Part shown: positions 1-11,457 of the stretch, piece by piece
Layout of the letters: each line of letters begins with the position of its first letter
Position numbering within the stretch: position 1 is the stretch's first letter
DNA from: an uncultured Phycisphaerales bacterium
GTDB taxonomy: Bacteria; Planctomycetota; Phycisphaerae; Sedimentisphaerales; Anaerobacaceae
DNA length: 64,000 nt
Direction of reading: 5' to 3'
Assembly (NCBI GenBank): GCA_963772725.1
Contig: CAVYYI010000002.1
Location: forward strand, 288,001 to 352,000
Translations under genes and position numbers: made by a program
The notes under the pieces: model-generated
The model's input: the letters and a program-made list of their open reading frames with translations, nothing else
Told to the model about the DNA's origin: nothing
The model's database searches: none

Positions 1-383
1 GCATTTAAGCTACTGCCGCCGATTCTACTGCTGCCCTTTTCTCTGTAAGCAGTGCAACTTATGCGGAAATTGCAGTAATTGTTTTTAGTTACGCTGACAT
101 CATAATAATCGCTGCTGCCGGCGACAAGCTGCTGCCTCAAAGCTCCGGTCCAAAACTCTGAACTGACATCCTGCGGATTGAGAAGCAGTCCCCTGGCGTG
201 TTCGAGACCCGAACCAGCCAGATAATCCATTTGCGTTCTAAGAGCCATATTTGCGCCGCAATTCAGTTCAGCGCTGGATTTGGATAAAAACCCAAGCGAC
301 AGGACGGCTATCGCCATTACGATAAAAAGAACTATCAGTAATGCCGCACCTTTTCTACATATTGTATTTTTAGGATAATCCAT
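1..383 (-). CDS. PilX/GspK-like minor pilin, 3' end outside window
   Basis: Manual translation from ATG 383: MDYPKNTICRKGAALLIVLFIVMAIAVL, a prepilin-like KG|A cleavage site plus hydrophobic helix lacking E5; lies downstream of other prepilins. Confidence 0.7.
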   Translation of the reverse strand, partial: MDYPKNTICRKGAALLIVLFIVMAIAVLSLGFLSKSSAELNCGANMALRTQMDYLAGSGLEHARGLLLNPQDVSSEFWTGALRQQLVAGSSDYYDVSVTKNNYCNFRISCTAYREKGSSRIGGSSLN

Positions 384-385
384 AA

Positions 386-1027
386 CTAATCGTCATCACT
401 GCTAACAATACTGCCGCCGCTAAGGAGGTTCCCAGCCCAGCACCTAAGAGCGGCATTTACCTGGTATTGCCTCGAAGTGCCATTTTCGAGAACATTAAAC
501 ATAATACTTACAAATTTGGTGTCCGGCGGCGCAACATCCAAAGTATATAAAACATTGCTGGCCTGTGGTACAATTTGCGTAACAGTCACCGTGGCATTGT
601 ATGCAAGCCACCAGTTTGACGCATAAGCCTGAATAGCACTTAACTGTATTACCGGATTAGCCGCCGAATAAAACGTACACAACCATAAATGGTTCTTTGC
701 TGAGCCTCTCTCGATATAAGCCAGTTCATTAACATTTATCTTATTATTTCCGTTATCGTCAGCCCGCCAGATAACCAGGTCATTGCCGGGGGTTGCGCAC
801 ACGAGCTTACAGTTTCTAATCAATTCATTAAGTCGCAGCGTTGTATAGCGAATATGTGTCTGTTTAAGGCTGCTGTCATTCGTTGCGTCGTTGGCTGCAC
901 CCATAGCATAGGCAAGCGTAGCAACGGCTGTCAGGATTACCGCTGTTATCACCATCGCTATCAGCAGTTCAGCCAGCGTCAAGCCGCCGCAATTAAAACC
1001 AAACGATAATTGTTTAAACCTTCGCAT
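386..1027 (-). CDS. Prepilin-type N-terminal cleavage/methylation protein (PilW/GspJ-like)
   Basis: GLTLAELLIAMVI motif. Confidence 0.8.
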   Translation of the reverse strand: MRRFKQLSFGFNCGGLTLAELLIAMVITAVILTAVATLAYAMGAANDATNDSSLKQTHIRYTTLRLNELIRNCKLVCATPGNDLVIWRADDNGNNKINVNELAYIERGSAKNHLWLCTFYSAANPVIQLSAIQAYASNWWLAYNATVTVTQIVPQASNVLYTLDVAPPDTKFVSIMFNVLENGTSRQYQVNAALRCWAGNLLSGGSIVSSDDD

Positions 1028-1030
1028 ATT

Positions 1031-1465
1031 TTATTTACTTATGAGCCTGTTAACTTCGGCCATTTGGCGACCCTTGTAATACACCCGCACTTTGGCAAGA
1101 ATATATTTGGCGGTACCCGTGCCGCTTTCCTGAGTGACATATACAGACTGACACACGGCGCCGCGGCTGAAAAAAGTATAATTGCTATCTGAAAATACGA
1201 TGCCCCTCGAATCTTTTACCTGCCCCTGAGATTCGGAGTAGCCGTTATAGGTGCCTATAACCTGGCTAAACGGTGTTTTTATAATGCTCTCCATCAAATC
1301 AGCGGCAAGTTTTGACGCCAAAGTTCGACGTTCCCCCTCGGCCTGCGACATCGCACCGTTTGCGAACGGCAGCACAACACCCGCCGCGGCGATACTCAAT
1401 ATCACTGTCGCTATCATCGCCTCAGCGAGAGTAAAAGCTTTTCTATTTGCAGGAAGATTATTCAT
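1031..1465 (-). CDS. Prepilin-type minor pilin (PilV/GspI-like)
   Basis: KAFTLAEAMIA motif. Confidence 0.8.
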   Translation of the reverse strand: MNNLPANRKAFTLAEAMIATVILSIAAAGVVLPFANGAMSQAEGERRTLASKLAADLMESIIKTPFSQVIGTYNGYSESQGQVKDSRGIVFSDSNYTFFSRGAVCQSVYVTQESGTGTAKYILAKVRVYYKGRQMAEVNRLISK

Positions 1466-1482
1466 TTAATACCTGGTATTTT

Positions 1483-1535
1483 ACAAACAAAGGGCTGACA
1501 TGCTCTCGGCAGTTGCCTACGCATCATCAGCCCTT
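1483..1535 (-). terminator. Probable intrinsic terminator/attenuator between major and minor pilin genes
   Basis: AAGGGCTGA...TCAGCCCTT stem (1490-1535) followed on the minus strand by TTTGTTTGT. Confidence 0.55.
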
Positions 1536-1612
1536 ATTCACCATCCTCCACTTGGCAGATTAACTGCCATAAACACGGCCTGTAAAAGCCGCGCCTAATT
1601 CATCCTTTTGTC

Positions 1613-2020
1613 TTAGAGAGTGTTATGTGCTTCACCGTTGGTTGTGCCACCATCACCTGCGTTAAAAGTAGCAGACTCTATGCCGTTCGCGTCTGTAGTA
1701 ACTACATATATCCAGGCTGAAGTTCCTGATGCTGCTATTGCAGCGTTGCCTGTGAACGGATTAGTTGGAACTTTCTGAAGATATTTCCCTGTTGTAACCA
1801 TTGCATCTTCAAAAGATGCCAATACCGGATAAATATCATCGTGCTCTATCTTGTAAAGCTCGAGCTGACACCTTACCGTTTGAAGATTGGTCTTTAAGGT
1901 TGCCAATTTGGAGTCGCTGCTGGCATTGCTGAACTGCGGAATCACTATCGCAGCGAGAATGCCCAGGATAACGACTACTATCAGAATTTCCACTAATGTA
2001 AACCCTTTTCTTGATACCAT
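1613..2020 (-). CDS. Major type IV pilin / GspG-like pseudopilin
   Basis: KGFTLVEILIVVVILGILAAIVIPQF, then YP and YL..VP.NPF motifs. Confidence 0.88.
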   Translation of the reverse strand: MVSRKGFTLVEILIVVVILGILAAIVIPQFSNASSDSKLATLKTNLQTVRCQLELYKIEHDDIYPVLASFEDAMVTTGKYLQKVPTNPFTGNAAIAASGTSAWIYVVTTDANGIESATFNAGDGGTTNGEAHNTL

Positions 2021-2100
2021 TGTTTTTCTCCTTTTAAAAAATTTTTTGTTTACTTGTCTGGAACAAACTACTCAAACTTTTCACAACTCTTACAAGCCCT

Positions 2101-2127
2101 ATGTCGGCTTATTTGACGTACTGCTTA
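2101..2127 (-). promoter_or_regulatory. Sigma28 (FliA)-like promoter candidate for the pilin gene
   Basis: Minus strand TAAG-N15-GCCGACAT versus consensus TAAA-N15-GCCGATAA, about 80 bp upstream of the ATG. Confidence 0.45.
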
Positions 2128-2369
2128 AAATCTTTAACTTTTTTAAACTTTAATCCTCCTTTTGAGATATTCAGAAATAAATTTTTGCCTTGTCGCTGAT
2201 TTCATTTCAAATACATGCAATTTCAAAAAATCAATGTCCGAGAAAACTTCCAATTTGAATGCCCTGGCGTAAACAACAGGCATCTAAGGAAAAATATAGA
2301 ATATAAAATCCCACCTGCCAAATAATAATCATACTTTTACGATTCTCGAGCCGCCGGAAGCAGATTATT

Positions 2370-2428
2370 TTGGTAATTTGAGTTTGGAATTTTGAATCTG
2401 TTTAGGATTTAGTGCTTAGGATTTAGAG
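2370..2428. repeat. Heptamer-periodic repeat tract
   Basis: TTAGGAT TTAGTGC TTAGGAT TTAGAGT, abutting the tsaE stop. Confidence 0.65.
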
Positions 2429-2875
2429 TTATAGGACTATATATGACGGCAAATTTGCAATATGTATCTCTCTTTTAGTCTGGCCGGCATGACAAAGTCC
2501 TATATCGATATGATTTACATTTTTCAGCACACCGGCAACTCTGTCCGCCCATTCAATCAAAACCACGGACTGCGGATAGCAGAAATCATCGAAGCCGAGC
2601 ATTTCAAATTCCGCCTCTGAGCTCAGGCGATAAGCGTCTATATGATAAATCTCCACGCGGCCGGAATATTCATTAACTATCACAAAAGTCGGACTATTCA
2701 CCTCTTTGCGGTCTTTAGCGCCTGCGCCGGCGGCGATGCCTTTAATCAGATGCGTCTTTCCGCTGCCCAGCGGTCCGCAGATTCCGATTATCTCACCGCC
2801 TTTTAACTGCTCACCGAGTTTACTGCCAAGCGCTATCGTATCATCAACAGAATTAGAGATAAAATCAAATGTCAT
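2429..2875 (-). CDS. tsaE: tRNA threonylcarbamoyladenosine biosynthesis ATPase
   Basis: GPLGSGKT P-loop, VNSPTF, YHIDAYRL, LIEW. Confidence 0.95.
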   Translation of the reverse strand: MTFDFISNSVDDTIALGSKLGEQLKGGEIIGICGPLGSGKTHLIKGIAAGAGAKDRKEVNSPTFVIVNEYSGRVEIYHIDAYRLSSEAEFEMLGFDDFCYPQSVVLIEWADRVAGVLKNVNHIDIGLCHAGQTKREIHIANLPSYIVL

Positions 2876-2889
2876 AAAATAACCATTTA

Positions 2890-3807
2890 TTATTTGAGGT
2901 GGTCATATCCCCTCGGTTTTAAATCCATTATTTTTCCGTCAGCGGTTTTTATCTGCAATTTGCCGCTGTCAGTAATAATTCCCACATACGTAATACTCAA
3001 CGGCTCACCCCATTTTTCCAGTAACTTTTCACAATCTTTTTGCGAAAGGCTAAAGAGCAGTTCGAAATCCTCTCCATCGTTTAACGCTGAGCCCAGCGGG
3101 TCTTTCATTTTCTTAGCTGCCCGCGATATTGGAATCCGCTCGGCATATATAACGGCTCCAACACCACTGCACCGGCAAATCCTGTTAAGGTCGGTACTCA
3201 GTCCATCGCTTATATCCATCATTGAATTAAGTTTCACCGTTTGCGCAATCTTCATCGCCTCTAAGACTCTCGGCTCAAACCGCAGGTGCTTTGCGAAAAC
3301 CGAACCGCCAAGAGAGCCGGTAACACAAATACAGTCGCCTGTTTTGGCCCCTGACCGGCGCACAGGTTCATTACCCGCACAGACGCTAATCATCGCGACA
3401 TTAACAACAAGTTTCCCATCACTTTGCCACTTTGTGATGTCACCACCTACCAGCGCACAGCCGTACCTGTCGCCGGCCTGTATAATCCCGGAATGCAGCT
3501 TTTTCAGTTCCGCGGTTCCAAAATTCTTCGGAAGCCCAACTGATACAACTGCCGCGACTGGTTTTGTCGCCATTGCGGCACAATCGCTCAGACTGGCGGC
3601 CATAGACTTGTAGCCGACCTGTTTAAGCGTTGCTTTTCGCAAATCGAAATGGACACCCTCAAGCAGTATATCCGTGGTAATAAGAACAGAGTTGCCGCCG
3701 ATGCGGATTTGCGCCATATCGTCGCCTATACCGATAGGGAAATCTTCCGCCGACAGTTTTCTCCGGCGGGCAAACCACGATGTTATCGCGTCTTCTCCGT
3801 TACTCAT
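2890..3807 (-). CDS. thiL: Thiamine-monophosphate kinase
   Basis: [34 protein letters not shown] 3807 overlaps the argH stop. Confidence 0.93.
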   Translation of the reverse strand: MSNGEDAITSWFARRRKLSAEDFPIGIGDDMAQIRIGGNSVLITTDILLEGVHFDLRKATLKQVGYKSMAASLSDCAAMATKPVAAVVSVGLPKNFGTAELKKLHSGIIQAGDRYGCALVGGDITKWQSDGKLVVNVAMISVCAGNEPVRRSGAKTGDCICVTGSLGGSVFAKHLRFEPRVLEAMKIAQTVKLNSMMDISDGLSTDLNRICRCSGVGAVIYAERIPISRAAKKMKDPLGSALNDGEDFELLFSLSQKDCEKLLEKWGEPLSITYVGIITDSGKLQIKTADGKIMDLKPRGYDHLK

Positions 3808-5193
3808 CGCTTCGCCAATCTTTTCCGCCAAAACAATATTTGTTCTTTAGCCTGCCGGCCCCCTGCTGAACCTTGCGTAACATATTTGCTCACAACATTG
3901 GCGGCTCCGAGGTGTTTATAAACATCACGTCCGATGGCCTCGGAATACTTTTTAAACTCAGCAAGGCTCAAATCAGAAAGTTTTATGCCCTGCTTTTCAC
4001 AGGCAGCAACCAGACACCCAACAATTCCGTGCGCCTGGCGAAACGCCACCCCCTTACCCACAAGATACTCCGCCAACGATGTAGCATCTAAAAAGCCTTG
4101 CTCAATATTATATGCGATTTTGTCCACATTAAACTTGGTATTCGCGACAACGGCACAAGCCATATCAAGCGAAGCGTTGACAGTATCACTCGCTGAAAAA
4201 ACGTGAATCTTGTCTTCCTGCAGGTCCCGATTGTAGCCGCTTGGCTGAGCTTTTAGAATCGTCAGCATCGCAACTAAATCGCCATAAACAGTCCCTGTTT
4301 TGCCGCGAATCAGTTCGAGCATATCGGGATTACGCTTTTGCGGCATCATACTCGACGAGGTACAGAACTTGTCATCGATCCGGATAAAACCAAACTCGTT
4401 CGACGCATAAATAATCCAGTCTTCCGCCAGCCGGGAAAGATGCGCCGCAACAAGCGAACAATCAAAAATAAATTCCGCACAGAAGTCTCTGTCGCTGACA
4501 GCGTCAATACTGTTTCTGCTTACACATACAAATCCAAGTTGCGATGCCGTGCTGTTGCGGTCTATGCGCAATGTTGAACCCGCTACCGCCCCGCTACCCA
4601 ACGGGTGAAACATTAAGCAACGCCTGACAATTACCCAGCCGGATATAATCCCGCTCGAACTGCTCCACAAAATTGAGCGGATGCGCGGCGATAACTATCG
4701 GCTGCGCTCTCTGCATGTGCGTATAGGACGGCATTACATCTTCGGTATATTTTTCCGCTAAACACAAAAACGCCTTTTGCAGACAAGAGAGCTTATTTCG
4801 CAAAACATCAATCTGGTCCCGCATCCACATCCGAATATCAAGAGCCACCTGGTCGTTTCGGCTTCTTGCGGTGTGCAGTTTTTTGCCCGCCTCGCCAATT
4901 TTTTTAATAAGTGCCGCCTCAATCGCCATGTGAATATCTTCGAGCGTTTTATCAAATTTGAATTTGCCGTTCGATATCTCGCTCTCGATTTTCAGAAGCC
5001 CTTTTTTTATTTTGCCGAATTCAGATTTGGTAATCAGCTTCTGTTTTGCCAGCATCTGCGCATGCGCAATTGAGCCTGCTATATCGTACTTATACAGGCG
5101 GCGGTCATAAGACAGCGACTGCACAAAATCGACCGCAAGCTCATCGGGCTGTGACATAAGCCGTTTTTCCCAGCTCTTTTTCGTTTTAGCCAT
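3804..5193 (-). CDS. argH: Argininosuccinate lyase (frameshift near 4600, probable sequencing indel)
   Basis: [34 protein letters not shown] across two ORFs. Confidence 0.93.
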
Positions 5194-5272
5194 TGTATCT
5201 GCTCCAAAAAAGCGGATTATTTCGTTTCCAGCAAAATCATACGCCCCGCAGCGCGACATGTCAAGAACAGGG

Positions 5273-7184
5273 TTACTGTTCAACAGTCGAAAGTTTCTCC
5301 CAGCGACTGTAAGCGTTTGCAAGCTCACTTTCCAACTTTTCCAGCTCCGCCGTCTCCCGGGCGATTATTACACCATCCTGTTTATAGAACGAAGGCCCTG
5401 CCATTTTCTCATGTAAAGATGAAATCTGCTTTTCAAGCTTCTCTATAATATCGGGCAGTTTTTCAAGTTCACGTTTTTGCATATAGGTAAGCTTCGGCGA
5501 TGCCGCCTTTTTAGGCTTTACCCTTTTTTCCTTCGCGGCGGCCTTTTCCTGTTTTACAGTTTCAGCTCCGATATTTTTCCGCTGATTCAGCATGTCATCA
5601 TAACCGCCGGCGTATTCTCTTACTCTACCGCCATCTTCGAATGCAAGAGTGCTTGTAACAACATTATTAAGAAACTCCCTGTCGTGACTTACAACAAGCA
5701 CCGTACCGGGATAGTCCAGAAGCATATCCTCAAGCAGTTCCAGCGTCTCAATATCAAGGTCATTTGTCGGCTCATCAAGCACAAGCACATTGGACGGCCT
5801 GGTAAATACCTTTGCTATCTGCAAACGGTTGCGTTCCCCGCCTGAAAGATTTTGATGCGGGCAATTTTACCTTGTCCGGCTCAAACAGAAAATCCATCAG
5901 GTAATTAATAACATGTTTTTTCCTGCCGTTAATTATTACCGTGTCGTATCCCTGCCCGATATTCTCTATAAGACTCTTTTCAATATCCAACTGTCCGTGA
6001 AGCTGGTCAAAATAAGCGCATTGCACATTCGTACCAAGCTTAATATCACCCTCTGTCGGTGCGATTTCTCCGAGCAGCAACCTGAGCAGTGTCGTTTTAC
6101 CTATTCCGTTAGGCCCGATGATACCAATCCTGTCACCTCTGAAAATAGCGGTGTTAAGGTCGCGAACCACCGGTAGTATTTTCACGTCCCTGCCGTTATC
6201 ATACGCAAAACTAACCCCCCTGGCTTTAACAACAAGTTCGCCCGACCTCTGCGCCTCGTTTATCTCCATTTTCACCAGCCCATCCACTTTACGTCTCTGG
6301 CTCTGCGCCTGTCTCATTTTTTGCAAAGCCCTGACGCGTCCCTCATCACGTGTTCGTCTTGCTCTTATTCCCTTTCGTATCCAGCGTTCCTCTTCAGCAA
6401 GTTTTTTATCAAACTGGTCCCAATGAATCTGCTCTGCCGCTAAAAGCTGTTCTTTTCTTTTGAGATACTCGCCATAGGGACATTCCCAGTTAAATAACCT
6501 GCCGCGGTCTATTTCGATAATCCTTGTTGAAATCTTTTTCAGGAATTTTCTGTCGTGCGTAACAAACAGCAGCGTCTTTCCGCAACGCAGCAAAAAATCC
6601 TCCATCCAGTTTATCGCCTCGATGTTGAGATGGTTTGTAGGCTCATCAAGTATCAAAATGTCCGGTTCTGCCGCCAGCGCCTTAGCCAGCAATACCCGGC
6701 GTTTAAGTCCCGCCGAGAGTTCACTGAACTGTGCATCCGCGTCAACCGAGAGCAGCGATATAACAGTTTCAACAACGTTAAGTTTTTTCCAGGAATTTGC
6801 TTTTTCCAGCTCGTTGTGAAGCCGTATCAACTTCGCGTTAGCGTCATCGCTTTCATCAGCCTTTTCGTGGGCAATGCTGTGATATTTAACCAGCAGTTCC
6901 CACGCCTCTCCCAGCCCTTCCGCAACAACATCGAAAACCTTGCCTTTTACCCGCTGCGGAACAGACTGATTGAGCATTCCGATGCGAAGCTGAGGCTGAC
7001 GCATTATCTCTCCGCTTTCAGGTTTTAACTCACCTTTCAAAAGCCGCAAAAAAGTCGATTTGCCGCATCCGTTTCTTCCCAGCAGACAAACCCTCTCCGC
7101 CGGCTCGATTTGAAAGTCAAGACCTTCCAGCAGCGGCGGCCCGCCGAAACCAAAATTTACATCTCGCATCGCGATAAGCGGCAT
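5273..7184 (-). CDS. uup: ABC-F family ATPase Uup (frameshift near 5850)
   Basis: Two ABC cassettes ([24 protein letters not shown] twice) and C-terminal KL.Y..KREL..LP coiled coil. Confidence 0.88.
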
Positions 7185-7223
7185 AATCTACTCCATAAAT
7201 TAATACGTCAAAACCTGCAACTG

Positions 7224-8336
7224 CTATGAATTTGAGCCTTGAAGGGATTTTACCGCCCAGCGAAATTTGGCCGATGCGCTGCGAGGATTTGAGATAATTT
7301 CTTTGGTTCGCGGTACAATTGGATTTTTGGTCGCTGACTGGTATATGCCATTTCGAACACCATCACGAAACGAGTGTTTGACAAGACGGTCTTCACCGCT
7401 GTGAAAGCTTATTACACCGATTCGACCGCCAGGACGCAGGCAGTATGGGGCAACTCTTAAAAGTTCTTTTAAGGAACCGAGTTCATCATTGACCAGTATG
7501 CGCAGTGCCTGGAATGTGCGGGCAGCAGGATGTAACGAACCGAATTTTGCGGCGAGCTGCTGCTGTCGCCATGTTTTCGGAGTCAGTCCCTTGACGCCGA
7601 AAATCAAGCGAACAAGCTGTGAAACCTGCGTAATCGGGTACATGGCACGCTGGATTACAATCCTGTGGGCGATTTTCTGATAGTCCGGTTCATCGGACAA
7701 CTCCCAAAATGCTTTAGCCAGTTCTTCTTCGGAAAGACTGTTGAGTAAATCCGCGCCGGTTTGCTTTAGCCGGTCGTCCATACGCATATCGAGAGGACCT
7801 TTATGTTTGTAGCTTATCCCGCGAGCAGGGTTGTCTATTTGCATGCTCGAAACGCCAAGGTCTGCAAAAATAATGTCATAGCCGTCGATGTTTTCTTTGC
7901 TCAGCACATTTGCAATACCGGCAAAGTTGCTGTGATAGAAGCTCGCAGAGATACCCTCTTTGCTGAATCGGCTGCGAGTACGTTCTAATTCAGTGTTATC
8001 AACATCGAAGGCAATCAATTTCCCAGCGGACCCTATGCGCTTTACAAATTCCATCGCATGACCTCCGTAGCCGACGGTGCAGTCAGCAACAATTTCACCG
8101 GGCGAAGGCTTCAGGCAGGCTAAAACCTCTTCTGCTAAAACGGGGATATGAGTGCCGACCGGTGTTTTGCCTTTTGCTCGCAGATGGGCTTCTATATCGG
8201 GGTGAGCCGCGATATTGTGCTCTTTATATTTTTCCTGATATTTCTTTGGGTGGGTACCACGGTATCTCTGTCGCCGCTGCCGCTTTATAGGCGGCTGATT
8301 GTCATTGTCAGGCTGGTTCACACTAATTATTGGCAT
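7224..8336 (-). CDS. rsmH: 16S rRNA m4C1402 methyltransferase RsmH-like, with basic N-terminal extension
   Basis: HIPVL, DCTVGYGGH, DLGVSSMQID, PLDMRMD, FQALRI.VNDEL, ISFHSGEDR, NPRSASAK. Confidence 0.88.
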   Translation of the reverse strand: MPIISVNQPDNDNQPPIKRQRRQRYRGTHPKKYQEKYKEHNIAAHPDIEAHLRAKGKTPVGTHIPVLAEEVLACLKPSPGEIVADCTVGYGGHAMEFVKRIGSAGKLIAFDVDNTELERTRSRFSKEGISASFYHSNFAGIANVLSKENIDGYDIIFADLGVSSMQIDNPARGISYKHKGPLDMRMDDRLKQTGADLLNSLSEEELAKAFWELSDEPDYQKIAHRIVIQRAMYPITQVSQLVRLIFGVKGLTPKTWRQQQLAAKFGSLHPAARTFQALRILVNDELGSLKELLRVAPYCLRPGGRIGVISFHSGEDRLVKHSFRDGVRNGIYQSATKNPIVPRTKEIISNPRSASAKFRWAVKSLQGSNS

Positions 8337-8492
8337 ATCTATTCTTAATATATAATTTCGTTCAGATTAAAATTTACACCTATTCACGGCAGAAATCAAT
8401 AGAGATAATTATATGTTTTTGGTTTAATAACAATGCGGCAATAAGTTATAACCTTAAAAAGTAAATTAGTACAAAAGAGTATATTACCATAT

Positions 8493-9206
8493 ATGCGTAA
8501 GAAAAAACATCCGAACAGAAAACATCTGCCCAAAGAGCTGGAAATACTTTACGAAGATAAAGATATCCTCGTGGTGAACAAACCGGCCGGCTTATTGACC
8601 GTTGGGACGGAAACTAACAAACTTAAAACGGCTTATTATATTCTGACCGATTATGTACGAAAAGGCAGTCTAAAGTCACGAAATAGAATTTTCATTGTTC
8701 ACAGGCTTGACCAGTGGACCTCCGGCGTGCTGGTATTCGCAAAAAGCGAAGAAGTTAAATTACGTTTGCAGGCCCAGTGGAAAGACACCGAAAAGAAATA
8801 CATCGCCGTAGTTCACGACAGGTTGGCTGAAAAACAAGGGATTATCACCTCGCATCTCGCGGAAAACAAGGCTTACGTAGTCTATTCCACAACTGATACC
8901 ACAAAGGGTAAACTCGCGCATACAGCCTATAAGGTGATAAAAGAGACCACCCACTTTAGCCTGCTGGAGATTAACCTTTTGACCGGCAGAAAAAACCAGA
9001 TACGCGTACACATGGCGGATAAAGGTCATCCCATTGTGGGCGATAGAAAATACGGCAAAGCCGCCGACGGATACAAACGTTTAGCCCTTCATTCCAAATC
9101 GATTTCCTTCGCACATCCGGCAAACGGCAGGCGGATGACCTTTGAGGCTAAAGTGCCTAATTATTTTAATGAGCTGCTTAACGGTATCTGCCATTGGCGG
9201 CAATGA
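8493..9206 (+). CDS. RluA-family pseudouridine synthase
   Basis: VVNKPAGL, HRLD, TGRKNQIRVH, GDRKYG, LALH. Confidence 0.92.
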   Translation: MRKKKHPNRKHLPKELEILYEDKDILVVNKPAGLLTVGTETNKLKTAYYILTDYVRKGSLKSRNRIFIVHRLDQWTSGVLVFAKSEEVKLRLQAQWKDTEKKYIAVVHDRLAEKQGIITSHLAENKAYVVYSTTDTTKGKLAHTAYKVIKETTHFSLLEINLLTGRKNQIRVHMADKGHPIVGDRKYGKAADGYKRLALHSKSISFAHPANGRRMTFEAKVPNYFNELLNGICHWRQ

Positions 9207-9224
9207 AATTAAAGAGGTATTACT

Positions 9225-10127
9225 ATGAAGATAGTTGTAACTGGGGCGACCGGATTTATAGGTAGAGCCTTATGCAATTCTCTGGCCAAAGAAAATAGTA
9301 TCACCGCTCTGACACAAAATCCGGAAAAAGCTGCCGCTCTTTTAGATAAGACTATCAAAATTATCAAGTGGAATACTAACCTTCTCGACGGCTGGGAAAA
9401 ATCTATTGATGGCTCAGACGCCATAGTCAATCTCGCCGGTGCGAATGTGGCTTTGAAAAGATGGAATAAAGAAGTAAAAGCCGAAATCCTGAATAGTCGA
9501 ATGAATTCTTCCAGAATTCTGGTTAAGGCGATAAAGAATTCAAAGGTAAAACCTAAAACCATTATTACCGCTTCCGCAATCGGCTTCTATGGTTCCAGAG
9601 ATGATGAAATACTGGACGAGGAATCCAAAGCTGGTGATGGTTTTCTGGCAGGAGTCTGCAAAGATACAGAAGGTTATTCAAGAGAATTTGAGACTCTCGG
9701 TTTAAGGACTGTTGTGATACGCACGGGCATTGTTCTTGATACCAGCGGCGGCGCACTTCCAAAGATGATAACGCCGTTTAAGTTCTATCTTGGAGGGCCC
9801 TTGGCTTCTGGTAATCAATGGATGTCGTGGATTAGCCTGGCAGATGAGATTGGCGCTATTAAGTTTTTAGTCCAAAACAATGCCTTTAAAGGAGCCTTTA
9901 ATTTAACTTCTCCTGAGCCGCTGCGAAATCGTAAATTTATGCAAATTTTAGGCTGCGTATTGAAAAAGCCCTCTTGGTTGCCAGTTCCTGCTTTCGCACT
10001 AAAAATAATATTCGGCGAAATGGCGAAAGAATGTTTCTTGACAAGCCAAAGGGTTCTTCCTAAAAAACTAATAGATGCCGGATTCAAATTCCGATACGCA
10101 GACTTAGAAAGCGCTCTCTATAAATAA
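9225..10127 (+). CDS. TIGR01777/YfcH-family NAD(P)-dependent epimerase-like oxidoreductase
   Basis: TGATGFIG, NLAG, SAIGFYG, GNQWMSWI, SQRVLP..L...GFKF. Confidence 0.92.
   Translation: MKIVVTGATGFIGRALCNSLAKENSITALTQNPEKAAALLDKTIKIIKWNTNLLDGWEKSIDGSDAIVNLAGANVALKRWNKEVKAEILNSRMNSSRILVKAIKNSKVKPKTIITASAIGFYGSRDDEILDEESKAGDGFLAGVCKDTEGYSREFETLGLRTVVIRTGIVLDTSGGALPKMITPFKFYLGGPLASGNQWMSWISLADEIGAIKFLVQNNAFKGAFNLTSPEPLRNRKFMQILGCVLKKPSWLPVPAFALKIIFGEMAKECFLTSQRVLPKKLIDAGFKFRYADLESALYK
9978..10118 (+). repeat. Copy 1 of a 141-bp diverged direct repeat (3' end of the TIGR01777 gene)
   Basis: Aligns without gaps to 11458-11598 with 21 mismatches (manual count). Confidence 0.9.
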
Positions 10128-10134
10128 ATTATAC

Positions 10135-11212
10135 TTAATCCAATTCAACAAGCTCATAATAAGGCGTCCCCAATCCTATACGCTCAGCATGTTTTATCTG
10201 GTAATAAGGATTAAGCTCTTTTCTGCCTATAAGTTTGGCCATTGTGTTACCACCTGCTTTTTCGACCATATCTATCGCGGCCTTATCTATTGCCACAGGG
10301 TCCGTCGAAGCAAGTATGCCAATATCATCGACTATTATAGGCATGTTTTTCTTATTCATACAGTCGCACTCATCAGTAACGGAGATTAAAAAATTAAAGA
10401 ACGCGATGCGACCCTGCTTGCCATTTATAACGCCCAGAGCATGCTCAGCCATATTTTTTCTGCAGCATTTCATCTTGTGCGCCCCAGTCATATTTTACCG
10501 CGTCAAACCTGCAAACAGCCACACACTCAGCACAGCCTATGCATTTGTCCTTATCAATGTGAGCCTTGACATCATCGATTGTAATCGCATCCGCGGGGCA
10601 ATGTTTAAAGCATTCTCCGCAGCCTGTGCAGTTATTTTTTACCTCAGGCTTTAACGCCGAATGCTGCCTCATCTTGCCCTTTCTGCTGGCACAACCCATA
10701 CCTAAAGTTTTCAAAGACGCAGCAGCGCATGTGGCAATATGTCCTGTCATGTGCGCAATTGAAAGAATCGACTGACATCGCACAATATCGGTCGCGATAA
10801 AAACCTCTTTATTGAGTTCGCCGTTAATCGGTACCGCTGTCTCGGCAACGCCAAACAATCCGTCCGGAGCAATAAATGGAATTCCAAGACCCGCAACATC
10901 AAAACCATGTTCGCTCGCCAATATAGCATGGTCAATCGCATTATGCCTGCGACCTGTATATAAAGTACTCGTATCAGTAAGAAAAGGCTTTGTTCCAAGC
11001 GAAAGCAAATCTTTGATAAGGCCTTTAATACATCCGGGCCTTACATAGGTATTGTTTGGCGGCTCGCCAACATGAATTTTGACAGCTGTGAAATCACCCT
11101 TCTGAAAACATTTCGAAAAGCCAGCCTCCTTAAAAAGCATCTGGGCTTTTTGTGAAATCTTCTCCTCACCTTCCTTAACACTGGCTCGGATAAAAAATAC
11201 TTTTGATTTCAT
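10135..11212 (-). CDS. DUF362-domain 2x[4Fe-4S] protein (frameshift near 10455)
   Basis: AVKIHVGE, TLY.G.R.NA, CTGCGECFKHCP and CIGCAECVAVC, ILASTDPVAID. Confidence 0.87.
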
Positions 11213-11415
11213 AAATAAATTCCTGTGTAATTTTCTTTATACCGTCAATTATATCATTATCTGAAAATTTTCTTTGAATTGCAACAGTTTGTCCCTGCGA
11301 AAAATATCCTTATCCTTGTAAGTAAAACCTTATGAGAACTCATCAAAAATCGCCTGCACGCTCGGCAAAAGCCTCAAAGAAGTCTTTCAGTATGATGAAA
11401 AATAAGCAACAAAAT

Positions 11416-11443
11416 ACAGAACTCAGTAGACAGAAGGCAGTAG
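11416..11443. repeat. Heptamer-periodic repeat (CAG-N4)
   Basis: CAGAACT CAGTAGA CAGAAGG CAGTAGG. Confidence 0.55.
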
Positions 11444-11457
11444 GAAAAAATTTTCGA

